A stretch of DNA of 64,000 nt from assembly GCF_038025025.1 (NCBI RefSeq), contig NW_027117341.1, forward strand, positions 868,001 to 932,000, written 5' to 3'. This stretch comes from Phyllosticta citribraziliensis. Taxonomy: Eukaryota. This document shows, piece by piece, positions 15,512-28,200 of the stretch; position 1 is the first letter of the stretch, and each line of letters begins with the position of its first letter. The notes under the pieces are model-generated. The model was not told the DNA's origin. It searched no databases and worked only from the letters and a program-made list of their open reading frames with translations. The translations under genes and the position numbers were made by a program.

Positions 15512-18500
15512 ATGGTTTCCTTCAGCCGGTGGAGGGACAATCGCCATGGAGAATCAACACAGCACTTACGAGCGGGGGAGGAACAAGTTGGCATGACGAT
15601 AATCCGACCCGGCAGCAACCGCTCTTCTCGTCCACAATCCCAGGCGCGCAGTGGGACACCAGATGCGTGGCCACTTCCCGACGACGGCTCAACGGTCCAT
15701 CCACTCGACATTGAAACATGGACGAACCTCTCCCCTACCAAGAACTGGTCCCCAGACCACGATGACTCGGGCATTGGCGACCGCGAGCGCTTGCAGAGGA
15801 TACATAGCCTTGCTAGCCAGTACTCGCAGCTTCCCATATACCTCGACTCCGGCCGCAACCCGTTCAAAGCGCCCCCTGGCAGCACCCTAGATCCAAAGTC
15901 GCCGCATTTCAGCACAAGAGAATGGGCGAGGGCAGTCTTTCAGCTGCATGTGGCGGAGCCGTACAAAGCGCCTGTCCGAACTGCTGGTCTTGCGTTTGCG
16001 AATCTGACTGTCACTGGGTGGGGCGAGGACAATGAATGCCAGCGAACTGTCAGTACAGTCGTCTGGCAAGCGGTGGGTGCTCTCCGGAACAAATTGGGGA
16101 TTGGAAGGAGGAAAAAGAAAACAATTCTGAGGGCTTTCGATGGTATCGTTGAGGCCGGCGAAATGCTATTGGTTTTGGGTTTGTTGTTCGCTATCCCCCA
16201 CAACAGAAGAGTGGCTGACAGCCAACCAGGTCGACCTGGAAGCGGATGCACGACCCTTTTGAAAACCATCAGCGGCGACACACACGGACTGAATCTGGGA
16301 GACAGCTCATATATGAATTACCAAGGTGGACGATGACAATTATCATCGAGAGAACAATGTGGCTAAAGTCTGGACAGGAATCTCGCACGACCAGATGCGC
16401 ATGAATTGCCGCGGCGACGCCATCTACACAGCAGAACAAGACGTACACTTCCCGATGCTGACCGTCGGCGACACCTTAATATTTGCGGCGCATACTCGTG
16501 CTCCTCGACACATCCCCGGTGGGGTGGACAGGAAACGATACGCAGAGCACATGCGAGATGTGGCCATGGCCATGTATGGTATCAGTCACACTCTGAATAC
16601 CAAAGTGGGGGATGAGTACATTCGCGGAGTGAGCGGTGGAGAGCGAAAGCGCGTTAGCATCGCCGAAGCCACTTTGAGCATGAGTCCGCTGCAATGCTGG
16701 GACAATAGCACGAGAGGTCTAGACTCGGCCAATGCGCTGGAGTTTTGCAAAAACTTGAGAATACAGACAGAGATTCTGGAGCGGACTGCCTGCGTGACTT
16801 TGTACCAGGCCAGTCAGCCCATCTACGACGTATGTCTTGCACCTGAGCGGTGAATCATTGCTGACTTTCTGTTAAAGGTATTTGACAAGGTCACCGTCCT
16901 GTACGAAGGCCGCCAGATTTACTTTGGATCCTGCGACTCGGCCAAAAATTACTTCATCAACATGGGATTCGAGTGCCCTCAGCGACAGACGACGGCCGAC
17001 TTTCTCACGTCCATAACGAGCCCGGCGGAAAGGATCGTCAGTCTTGGGTTTGAGGGCAAAGTGCCGCATACGCCAGATGAATTCGCCGCGGCGTGGAAAG
17101 CGAGCCCTGAATATCAGCAATTGTGGGACGAGCTTCGAGTATATGACCGCAAATATGCCATCGGCGGCAGATATATGGAAATGTTCATTGCGTCGAAAAG
17201 GGCTGACCAGGCAAAGTTCACGTGGGTTGCGACTATTCCCTTAATTCGTTGCGTAGCTGATTTGAAGGCAGGAGGGCCGCATCTCCGTACACGCTGGCAT
17301 ACGGCCAGCAAGTGGCAATCTGCCTCTGGAGATGCATCAAACGCTTAAAGGCAGACCCAACCTTGAGTTATGGTCAATTCATCGCCAACTTTGCCATGGC
17401 GTTGATCCTGGGAAGCGTGTTTTACAATCTCGAAGATGGAACCAAGAGCTTCTTCCAGCGGGGCGCTTTGCTCTTTTTTGCAATACTAAACAACGCCTTT
17501 GGAAGCGCACTCGAGGTAAAGCCATCTCCATACTTGATTTTAGTGGTATTCACATGTGCCAGATTCTCATTCTCTACGCCCAACGTCCCATAGTCGAAAA
17601 ACACTCTCGCTATGCGCTCTATCACCCAAGCGCCGAAGCCTTCGCCTCGATCCTCGTTGACATCCCCTACAAAATTGGAAACGCCATCACTTTCAATTTG
17701 ACGCTCTACTTTCTCACCAACCTCCGCCGTGAACCAGAGGCTTTTTTCTTCTTCCTGCTGATCTCCTTCTCCTTGACACTCGCCATGAGCATGATGTTCC
17801 GGACTATGGCCAGCATTTCGCGAACCGTCAGCCAAGCCATGGTCCCGGCCGCGCTTCTCATTCTTGCCATCGTCATCTTTGCCGGCTTCGTCCTCCCTGT
17901 GAGGTACATGAGGGGCTGGAGCAGATGGATCAATTACATCAATCCGGTAGCTTATGGGTTTGAAGCGCTCATGGTCAACGAGTTTCATGATAGAGACTTC
18001 CCCTGTTCAACGTTCGTCCCATCCGGATATCCTAACATAGGTCCGGAAAACAGAGTCTGCTCGGTCTTGGGGGCGCAGGCGGGGTCGTCAATGGTCAGCG
18101 GCGACGCGTATATCAAGTCGTCGTTCAATTACGAGTACAAGTGGCGGTATTTCACCCCTTTTTCCCGAATTTGTGTCGTGGTCGCTGAATAGTCGCAGTA
18201 ACTTTTGCATCATCGTTCCTTTCATCTTCTTCTTCATGGCAACCCATCTCCTGGCCACCGAGTTCGTCCAGGAAAAGAAGTCGAAGGGCGAAGTGCTCGT
18301 TTTCAGGGGCGGGAGCCGCCCCAAACACGTCCCGCTCGACGACCCGGAAATAGTGCCCTCGCGGCACGACAGCAAAGCTTCAGTCACCAGCTTTTCCACC
18401 CCTTTCAAGAAGGCTACGTCGACGTTTCACTGGCAAGAGCTTTGCTATGAAATCAAGACCAAAGAGGGCGCCAAGAGGCTCCTTGATCACATTGACGGCT

Positions 18501-20527
18501 GGGTCAAGCCACGCACCATGACGGCGCTGATGGGCATGAGCGGCGCGGGCAAGACGACCCTGTTGAACACTCTCGCCGCGCGCACGACTGTCGGCGTCGT
18601 GTCGGGCGAGGTTTATATGGATGGACTCCCACGCAACCGAAATTTTCAGCGCTTGACGGGATACGTACAGCAGCAGGATTTGCACCTGTCAACGTCGACA
18701 GTCCGTGAAGCAGTGAATTTCAGCGCCTTGCTCAGGCAGCCCCGCGAGATTAGCAGGCAGGAGAAGTTGAGCTATGCATGGGACATAATACGGCTGCTCG
18801 ACATGGAGGAGTATGCAGATGCAGTGGTGGGCGTACCGGGCGAGGGTAAGTCAACTCTTGCATGAATTGTCCTTTATCTCGAGGTTTACTGACGCATGTC
18901 AGGACTCAACGTTGAGCAGCGTCGGCGCCTGACCATCGGCGTCGAACTGGCAGCAAAGCCCCAGCTCTTGTTCCTCGACGAGCCCACGTCCGGCCTCGAC
19001 AGTCAGACCTCCTGGGCCATTTGCGACTTGATCGAGAAGCTAGCTAACAATGGGCTCGCCGTGCTTTGCACGATCCACCAGCCATCAGCCATGTTGTTTG
19101 AGCGCTTCGACCGCCTCTTGCTCCTTCATGAAGGCGGCCGCATGATCTACTTTGGCGACATTGGCCCCAATTCGTCGGCCGTCATCAACTATTTCGAATC
19201 TAAAGGCGGCCAGTCCTGTCCCTCTGACGCCAACCCCGCGGAATGGCTGCTCGAAGTAATCGGAGCCGCGCCGGGAAGTAGCACGGATATCGACTGGGCG
19301 CGGGCATGGCGAGACAGCAAAGAGGTCGAGGCGGTTCACTTGGAATTAATGCGGCTCAAGGCGAATCCGGGACGGCCGACACATGGCGCCGCTGGACAAG
19401 CAGAGCGGTACCGCGAATTTGCGGCGCCGTTTTCACGGCAATTCTGGCAGGTCACCAAGCGCGTCTTCCAGCAGTACTGGCGGACGCCGTCGTACATTTA
19501 CTCGAAAGCTGCCGTGTGTCTACTGTCGGTGAGTTGACTCCAAGTACACTGAGGACCACGCTGAACAAAGGCTGACTCCTAACAGGCTCTCTTCATCGGC
19601 TTCGTCTTCTTCCAAGCCGAGAATACGATTCAGGGGATGCAGAACCAGATGTTCGCCATCTTCATGCTCATGACAATCTTCGGGCAGCTAGTCCAACAAC
19701 TCATGCCCATCTTCGTCTCCCAACGCTCACTGTACGAAGCGCGCGAGCGGCCCTCCAAGACGTACGCATGGCCAGCCTTCCTCCTCTCCAACATCATCGT
19801 CGAGCTACCCTGGAACACGCTCATGGCCGGCTTCATCTTCCCCGTGTACTACCTCATCGGGCTGGACCGCAACGCGGCCGAGGCCAATGCGGCACCCACG
19901 CGGGCCGGGCTCATGTTCCTGCTCATCTGGTGCATGCTCATCTTCACGTCGACGTTCGGGGCCCTGACCATCGCGGCCGCCAGCACGCCCGAGGCCGGCG
20001 CCAACCTGGCCAACCTGTGCATCAGCCTGGGCCTCGTCTTCAGCGGCGTGCTGGCCTCGCCGCAGGCCCTGCCGCGCTTCTGGATTTTCATGTACCGCGT
20101 CTCGCCCTTCACCTACCTCGTCTCGGCCATCCTCAGCACCGCCGTCGCCGACGCCTCTGTGCGTTGTGCCCCGAATGAGTTCCTCGTCCTCCAGCCCGCC
20201 AGCCTGTCGCTGCCGTCGCTCGCGCAGCTGGATCCTCTCGCTGCGCCTGGCGGCAGCGGTGGCAATGCGACTGGGGCGATCACTTGCCAGGACTACATGG
20301 CCCCGTACATTGCTGTCGCTGGCGGCTACGTCGATAATCACAACGCCACGGCCGACTGTCGCTACTGCACGCTTGCCGATACAAACACGTTTCTCGAGTC
20401 CATCTCGTCGCGGTACTCGGATGCGTGGCGCAATTTCGGCATTCTATGGGCGTATGTCGTGTTCAATGTGTGCGGCGCCTTCTTCCTGTACTGGTTAGTG
20501 CGTGTGCCGAAGAGGAGGAATGCGTAG
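15512..20527 (+). CDS. Full-size ABCG (PDR-type) multidrug transporter, NBD-TMD-NBD-TMD, ~1533 aa, 9 exons
   Basis: Exons 15512-16178, 16230-16325, 16378-16829, 16878-17221, 17272-17515, 17563-18146, 18199-18845, 18903-19528 and 19586-20527 join in frame. NBD1 has the PDR Walker [23 protein letters not shown] and [13 protein letters not shown]2 has [24 protein letters not shown] and [12 protein letters not shown]. Both TMDs carry the Cys-containing extracellular loops. The start codon is uncertain (15512 or 15593). Confidence 0.95.
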
Positions 20528-22911
20528 AGCGTATATCGTGAAAAGATCGAGTAAAGAGGCAGTCAGGGGGGAAGATGGAGAAGTCGTGCTGCATGAGAAA
20601 TACAAGACGATGGGCTGGAATGGGCTGTTTTGGTGTTTCACTTTTTGTCACTGTTCACTTTTTCGCTTTCTCGTCTGGGCTGGTGTTCTTTCTGTGAGTG
20701 AGCTGTGCGTGGACTGGATGGACTGGGCCTGGAAAGGCAAACAGATAGGTAGACTAGGAACCACGATAATGAACTTCTTCACTCAACCATTACATCACCG
20801 AGGGCTTGACTAAATCACTGATCTGACTGATCACTTGTCATAAAGATCACTGCGGCAGTCAACACAACACTGCCACTTCCACTTCGACGTTCGAAGCGCC
20901 TATTACTCAGCCACTGAAAGCGCAATTCCATCACATACGACGGCATCATGAAGCACTCCAACTGCAAACGCAACACAAGCGGCAACACGGGACGAAACGG
21001 TAGAATCCGCGGGAGTCACCGCGGATCCATTTTGGCCGCGTTCGAATTTCGAGTCAACAAAGAACATTGGAGAGGTGTCTATCTACCCGCAAAACCCCAG
21101 CGATGATTGTTTGCCTCGTCATGATAACGGCCAGCAGCGTGGGTGGCGTGATTGGTCAATAGCCATTGCGTCTCATTGATTGACAGGCCCTCACTGATTC
21201 CATTCCAACGGCCCGTCAACGGTCGTCGTTTGTGAACTCCGCGGAGCTTCCTTCTCGGGCAAGATGGCGGGCAGGCAAGGCACCACGGCACGATTCGGCA
21301 AGTGAGGACGGCATTGGTCGGTTGCGACGGTGGCGATTGTCAAACGATCCAAAAAGGGCAAGACGACATTCTTGGTTCCGCGTATCATCGCAAGCCTTTC
21401 CGACATTGATTTTGCCGCCGTTGTCGTGGCAAAGGCAGAAGCATTAGGCTCAGGAATGCTTTGGCGGGCGTTGGCAGCTTCTCAGGGGGAAAGTTTGGCG
21501 AACTGGCGCAGAAAAAAAAAGATGTGAATGTGGAAATGGCCCGAAAGATGCACTTGTATTTGCAGCTAATGCACGAGTTGCTCGATTCATCGTCGTTCGG
21601 GCTCGCTTCCGAGGTATTCTGGGGCAAAGGCGTGCGCAGCGCATGTCGCGCAGGCCATGGTATTTGAAACTGGGGCATCGCAACCACGGCCACCAATGTG
21701 AAGCCCGTTTCCCGTGTGACATTTGGCTGGTGGTCGATCGCGAGCGCGTGCCCGCCGGCTTACCGTGCAGAATTGGAAATTGTAACCAACACTGATGAAT
21801 GCTAGAACCAGCTTCACATTCCTGGTCTTGATTGAGCCATACCCACGCAAGCGAGATATGCACACTGTCGCGAAAACGCCTCGAAAGAATGTGTGTGTCC
21901 CATGAAACGTCCCACTGATAGCTTGCAGATACCTCGCTTTCGCTTTTCTTTTTGTGCGCTCCGTCTTCAGCGTAGCGACGGGCCGGGACGGCTGCAAAGA
22001 GAATGGATGGGATGGTTCCGCAGTCTCGGGATTTTGCTCATCTGGCTGCACCTGCCAATTCTCTTGGTCTTCTGCAATACTCGTACCAAGCGTTGGAAAT
22101 GCGCTTGGTTGACTGTGCTGAGGGCATCAACTTCTGTTGCGATTTCTGTGTGCGCTCGCTCTTTTCGTCTTGCTCTAGCTTCGCGCAATTTATGTGATGA
22201 ATCTAGGGCCAAGGCAGAAATGCGAATTTCGAAGGTCATTGTTTGCCCAGTCGCAATCCGAATACCGCCAATTTGGCAGAAACAACGCAAACAACACTGG
22301 CCATGCGGCCTTTAACCGCAGGTGTTCAAGTCGCTCGTTGTTTCCAGGGTTGGCCTCAATCTCTCAAGGCGAACAAAAAAACGTAAGGCGGTTGGACCTG
22401 CCACCAACGCAGCGTGCAAAGTTGTCGAAATACAGGGGTCCCAATGGCTGTCCAGGAAACGATCGAATGGCAAACACGATGAAGCGAGCATTCGGGTTGC
22501 GTTGATTGGTGATCAACGGAACAGGGCTTTCAGATATGGAAGAATGCTGGCGGTGCCATCGGGTTTCCAGTGTTGCAATTCTTTGCGGGGGGAGGCCCTT
22601 TCGGGCTCTGCTGAGAACGGTAGTAAGTAGTGATACGAGTGAAATAAAGCACAACATGGAGCAGCCTTATCTACTTGGCAGACCCGTCTCCGGTATATCA
22701 ATACCCAGCCGGTGTCGTCCTTCGGACCCCCTCTGATATGCCCAATGGTCTGTAGAGACTTGACGGTGTAATCGGACGGCTGGTACTGTTACCCCTTGTT
22801 GTTTTCAATCTCCACTCCTGTCTCTTCGTCTTGCTACAATTTGAATTTCCTATCCCAGCAGGACCTGGCAAGTACACTTTACTTTCTGATATTGGTTTGT
22901 GAGCCGCAAAT

Positions 22912-24071
22912 ATGAAGGCCAGAAGCAACCCAATTGAGATTCTCGTCTTTGGGACCGGAGGTACGTGTCCCTCAATGGACTGAGAGGGTCTTTTGCTTAC
23001 AAAATTTAGCTGTCGGATCAACACTTGCCTGGAGGTTAGCACAAAATCCTTTGGCCAGATTGTCCGTGGTTTGCCGCTCCAATTACGATGCTGTCCGGAC
23101 AGGGGGAATCACTCTGAACACCAAGATCTGGGGCAATGGCCACTTCATGCCTCATCGCGTAGTCCGTTCGCCGCTGGAGGTGTCGCGCGTTCCGTTCGAC
23201 TATGTCATTTGCAGCAACAAGGTTTCCCCAATCCCGGACGACGACACAACTGCCCGCTCAATCGCTCCGGTGGTGTCACCTCGGACGGTCCTGGTCACGG
23301 CCCAGAATGGTGTCGGAGTTGAAACCCCTTTGCGGAGGACGTTCCACAACAATACGATTCTGTCAGCCATTTGCTACATCAGCTGCTTGCAACCCGTTCC
23401 TGGATTCATCACCCAGCCGGCGGGCATTCGGGCGCATGCTTTCCATATTGGTACATTCGACGCTCGTTCGCCACGGGATGAGACCCGCCTTGCGCAATTC
23501 GTCAAGTTCGACAAGGCTTTCCAAGCCATCGAGGATGTTCAACAAGAGCGTTGGTGCAAACAAATTTTCAACGGTGCTTGGAATCCTGTTACCGCCATTT
23601 CTGGTCTGGATACGCATCAGATACTCAACAGCTCCTCCCTCTTCCTTGACAACGTTCAAAACCTGGCAAGGGAAATTTGGCAGGTGGCTTCCAAATTGGG
23701 GATTAGCTTGCCTGAAGATCTTCCAGAAAAGACGGTTTCCATCGCCAGATCGTCCAACCCCGTTGTGCCATCGATGCTTCAGGACGCCCGCAGAGCAAGA
23801 CCAATGGAGATCGAATCGCTTTGTGGTATGTTTCGCGACAGATGAAACAAAAAGTCCTGGCTAACCGCGAGCAGGAAATATTTGCAGACAAGCAGACAAG
23901 CTCGGAGTTCCTGTTCCGACAGTCAAGATGATGTACGATAAGCTGTTCTCCATGAACCAGGCTTTCACAACGGCTGCGGAAGAGAAGTTGGCGAGCCCAG
24001 GTCTCATGGTGCCTCCCCAAACTCTGCCTCACTTGGACATGCCACCAGCCAGAGTTGCTGCGACCGCGTAG
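22912..24071 (+). CDS. Ketopantoate-reductase-family (ApbA/PanE; KIVR-like) NADPH-dependent 2-keto-acid reductase, ~353 aa
   Basis: Exons 22912-22960, 23010-23825 and 23875-24071 join in frame. Rossmann motif ILVFGTGAVG, VVCRSNY, QNGVGVE, catalytic-Lys region RWCKQIFNGAWNP, and PSMLQDARRARPMEIESLCGN (conserved Glu). Confidence 0.9.
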
Positions 24072-24359
24072 GACGTCATCCACAAATATCCAGTGTGCAC
24101 AGGCCGTCTCCGATTCCTTTGATTCCCCATTTAATTGTTCACTTTCTTTTGTAACGGTCGAAACGACCGCCGAGACAACCCTTGAGTCATCTTTTCATGG
24201 GATTGGATGGAAGATATTTTGTAATCACTGGCCTTTCCAGATTGGTAATGGACGGGGAGACTTTCACTTTCTTTACCGATAGACTTTCCAATAGAGAAAA
24301 GTTCCTTTTGAGGACTTGAAGTGGACACGATCCGAAATCGCCCAGGGGCCGAACATGGG

Positions 24360-24755
24360 TCAGCCCCCACCGTTGATCTCTGCAACCAGATCAAGCGTTT
24401 CTTGTAAACCAGACTCTTTCGTGGCGTAGTGTATCCGCTTGAATCTGTCGCCTGGGTCTTCCTGAGAGAAGTCTTGCATCACCTCCTCCATGATCCGCCT
24501 CAAAGGAGGCAGAATCAGATCCAAGCCTTCTCTGGTTCGGCAAATATGCCGCTCTTGCTCTTTTAGTGTAGATTTTGCGTAGGAGATCCACTTTTTCTTC
24601 TTCCTTCGACGGCATTTCTTCACATTTGGTCTTTTGATATATTTCCTCGCCTCTAAAACGTGTTGTTCGGTACGTCGTTGATTGTCCTCCATGAGGAGTA
24701 TTTGGGCGTACCAGGACTGCACATCGCGCGCGGTCTTTTCGTAAAGGCGGATCAT
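24360..24755 (-). CDS. Small basic, helical hypothetical protein (131 aa) or gene remnant
   Basis: ATG-initiated ORF with helical character and a basic patch (KKCRRRKKKKW). No family recognised. Confidence 0.25.
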   Translation of the reverse strand: MIRLYEKTARDVQSWYAQILLMEDNQRRTEQHVLEARKYIKRPNVKKCRRRKKKKWISYAKSTLKEQERHICRTREGLDLILPPLRRIMEEVMQDFSQEDPGDRFKRIHYATKESGLQETLDLVAEINGGG

Positions 24756-25265
24756 TTTCTCTGTTCTGCGCTCCCAGCGCTTTCGTGTCCGCTCGTCGTA
24801 CCGTCTTTGGCGCCTTTGACCCTTTGTCTCAACGATGTGCGGAGAATTGGTTGACTCGTTCGCAGTGCCATCGGGTTGGGGCGGCTATTCTCTGTCAGCG
24901 TTATCATTTGCCAATTGGGGGATCGACAGAGGAGTACCATGATGGGCGTGGATGGGGCCGTGAACCATCCAACGTTCCGGTTGCAAGAACAATTGCCTTG
25001 TGAGATGCCAGAATGTCGGTGGCTGAATGTCGCCAAAGCCATGTCAGCGCTTGTTGCTGTGGGAACCGCAACCACGGTGGCGCGTCGCGACTTCCTTTGT
25101 GCAACGGACGCGTTTTCCCGCAAACGATCATCAAGCCCAGTCCAAAATCGGAATGTCATTTTCAACTTGCGTATATAGCGACCGAACAATGGTATGTTAA
25201 ACAAAGTAAACTGACAGATCAACAAAGCAAGCAAGCCACCCAGACACACACATAGCTCTCAATGT

Positions 25266-28200
25266 TCACACACCCCTCGTTTCCAGCGCCCGGTTCAAAG
25301 CCTTTTGGAACACATCAATGTTCTCTGGCCTCAGGATTGTGAAATGAGTTCCCTGGACCCGGTGGTAACGAAGAGGGCCCGGGCTATCGTCCTGCTCGAC
25401 GTCTTTCTGGCTTGCGCCCTCGACATAGTCCTTCCACTCGCACAGCCATTCGTGGCGCCAGACTTCATCGGTGCAATTGAAGTGCGGCAGGGGATTGACC
25501 CAAAACAGGTCGAACTTTGAGATCTTGCCGGTGGGCTCGTAGGCGCGTGTAATGTCCTGCAAGTTCTGATTGATGCGCTGCCAGGTTTCGACCTTGGCAT
25601 ACGTGAGGTCTAAGTTCTCGAGCGTGCCATCGGGGAATCGTGCAAAGATGGCGGCTGTGAATTCTGACTCCGGAATGTGTTCCATCTCCTCCTCCCACTG
25701 CAGCGCCGTCTCGTGGTCCAGAATCTGGAAAAAGTGCAGCAGGTCGATGAAGAAGTTGCGGCCCCTGTTACGGGTTGCGATCCTACGCAAGTCCGCGGGA
25801 TTGTCGATGCCACCGCAAAAGACGACTTCTTCGCCCATGTTCTCAAATCGTTTGGCGAGCTCGTAGGCCAACATGCCTCCGAAGCACAGTCCAAGGAAGG
25901 CATACGGACCCTCGGGCTGGTGCTTCTTGATTCCATCGACGTAAATTTCAAGCATCTCGTCCAGGGTCTTGAATGACTCCTCACCCTTGTGGAAGCCACG
26001 AACACGTAGCGCTAGAACGCGGCGATCGGGGATATATGGAAGCATTGGGAGCCATGTCAGGAACTCACCACCACCAGGGTGACAGAGAATAAGTGGAGTC
26101 TTTGACCCACTTGTCACAAGAGGGACGATGGGGTCGTACTCTGGCGTAACAGTGCCCAGGCTGAGCAGCATCATGTCTACATCTCTGATGGTGCGACATG
26201 CGAGAAAGAGAGCCATCGAAATAGGGTCTTCGGATTCCAGCTCCTTCTCCAGGCGAGACTTGATCCGAAGATATCCAAGGCTTTCAATTCCCAGATCCGC
26301 CATTGGCAAGTCAAGATGCAGCTCCATTGTATCGATTCCTGTCTCTTGTACAATGGTCTTTTCAATCACCTTTTGCAGAGGAGTGGCCAACTCTTCGCCG
26401 TCGACCTTCTTCTTTCGGGGCTCGGGTGCTTTTTCGGCAAGCTTGTACTGGTCAAAGCAACCCGCTTGGTAGCTTTTCTTCAGCTTTGCCCGGCTCAGCT
26501 TGCCAATGGTTGACTTGGGCATCAGCTCTTTGGGCAGAGGAATGACCTCAGACGGCTTCTTCCTGCAAAACCGAATGCAAGTCTCGTTGATGCTGGCGAT
26601 CGCGTTCCGCAGCTCAGGGGAGTCTTGAGTGGCGTCGCTCACTGGGTTGAACAAGATTATCATTTCCTCGGTATCGGACTCTGACTTGGTTCCCCATACA
26701 GCGAAAGATGCAATGTATCCGGGCGATATTCCAGGGATCTTTGACGTCTCTATGGCGTGTTCCAGCTCGAATGATGAGTAGTTTTGGCCGTTGATGATGA
26801 TGATTTCCTTGGAGCGACCGACAATGACCAGGTTTCCTTGGTCGTCGAGCTTTGTCTGATCACCAGTGTCAAACCAGCCATCAGATGTCATGCAACCGGC
26901 ATTGGCAGAGTCGTTGTTGAAGTATCCGTTGAATACCATGGCGCCCTTCAGCTGCAGGGAACCGACAGAACCAGGCTTAACAGGTTTCTGGTCCTCGTCC
27001 AGAATGCGCATTTGATGTTGCGGTAGAAGTTTGCCGACAGAGGCGAAGACGTATCGCCTCTTTACGTCGTAGATTGGACATTGAGTGTTGTAGAAAATGG
27101 CGGAGCAAGTCTCCGAGAGACCGTAAGCAGACTTGATAGCGTTCCTCGGGGCTCCGAACTTGGTGAGAATCTCTTCTCCCGCCTCGAACACGACTGTCTT
27201 GTTCGCTTCGCCACCGCACATGATTGTCCTGAGCTCGGAAAAGTCGAAGTCGAGCTTCCATCGTTCTTCAGCAGGCATATCTTTATACGCCCTGGCCGCG
27301 GTCGAGACGAAGAAGTTGGGAGCAAAGCTGAAGCCGACCTTGAACTCCGACAACGCTTGCCAGAATCGGACGGGTTCGCGGATCAAGTCGATGGCGGGGA
27401 TCATGACCTGACTTGCTCCAGCGTACACTGCATGCAAATGGTTTTCGCAGAGTGCAGCAGAGTGGTCAAAGCCTATCCATATTCGTTAGTCGAACGTTGC
27501 GTAAAAATCGCTGGATGGGAGTGACTTACTGACCCAAGACATAAAAGTCTGGGTGTTGTTCGTGTTGTGAAATCCGCACTTGATTTTGCTGCTCGAGCAG
27601 AGCTGCCTGTGTGTATACTGGACCGCCTTGGCATATCCGGTGCTTCCACTGGTGAAGAGCATGGTGGTCACCTCGTCTTCTCTTCCCACGCCTTCGTCAA
27701 ACCAACCCCCGCCATACATGTCATCGTGTCCGATTGGAGCCTCGAGCTTTTCCAGTTGGACGCTCTGTACCGTCACAGTCTTCATGCCCTGAATCGAGAC
27801 GAAGTATTTGGCGAGCGACTTCGTCGTCAGGATTGTTGGACCACAGAAGGTCTTATTGACGTTCTCAAGTTCACCGATCAACGTCGTTTGGTTGTTGGAC
27901 AAGGGCGAGAGCAGCGCTGGGATGCCGCCGGCAGCAATGACGCTCCAGTACCAGATACAGTTGTCGCGGTGGTTGTCGAAGTAGAGAACGATGCGTCTAT
28001 GCTCGGGGATGATGTCTGCCTGGCGGAGCTTTGCAGCATTTGTCTACGTCCCAATGAGCGATTGCGTCCAGGACTCGAGGGAGTTGCTTTACTCACCAAA
28101 GCTTCCCGGAGCAACTGCTCGTAGGTGAAAACCTCCGGCTGCTTTTCCCAACCACCCGTCTTGAAAGAAAGCGTATGGGTAGGCCATTTTTTCGCGGCTC

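Noticed and set aside
21079..22700. Short ORFs between the ABC transporter and the reductase as a cluster regulator
   Set aside because: No Zn2Cys6, bZIP or other domain motif, and no consistent exon chain could be built.
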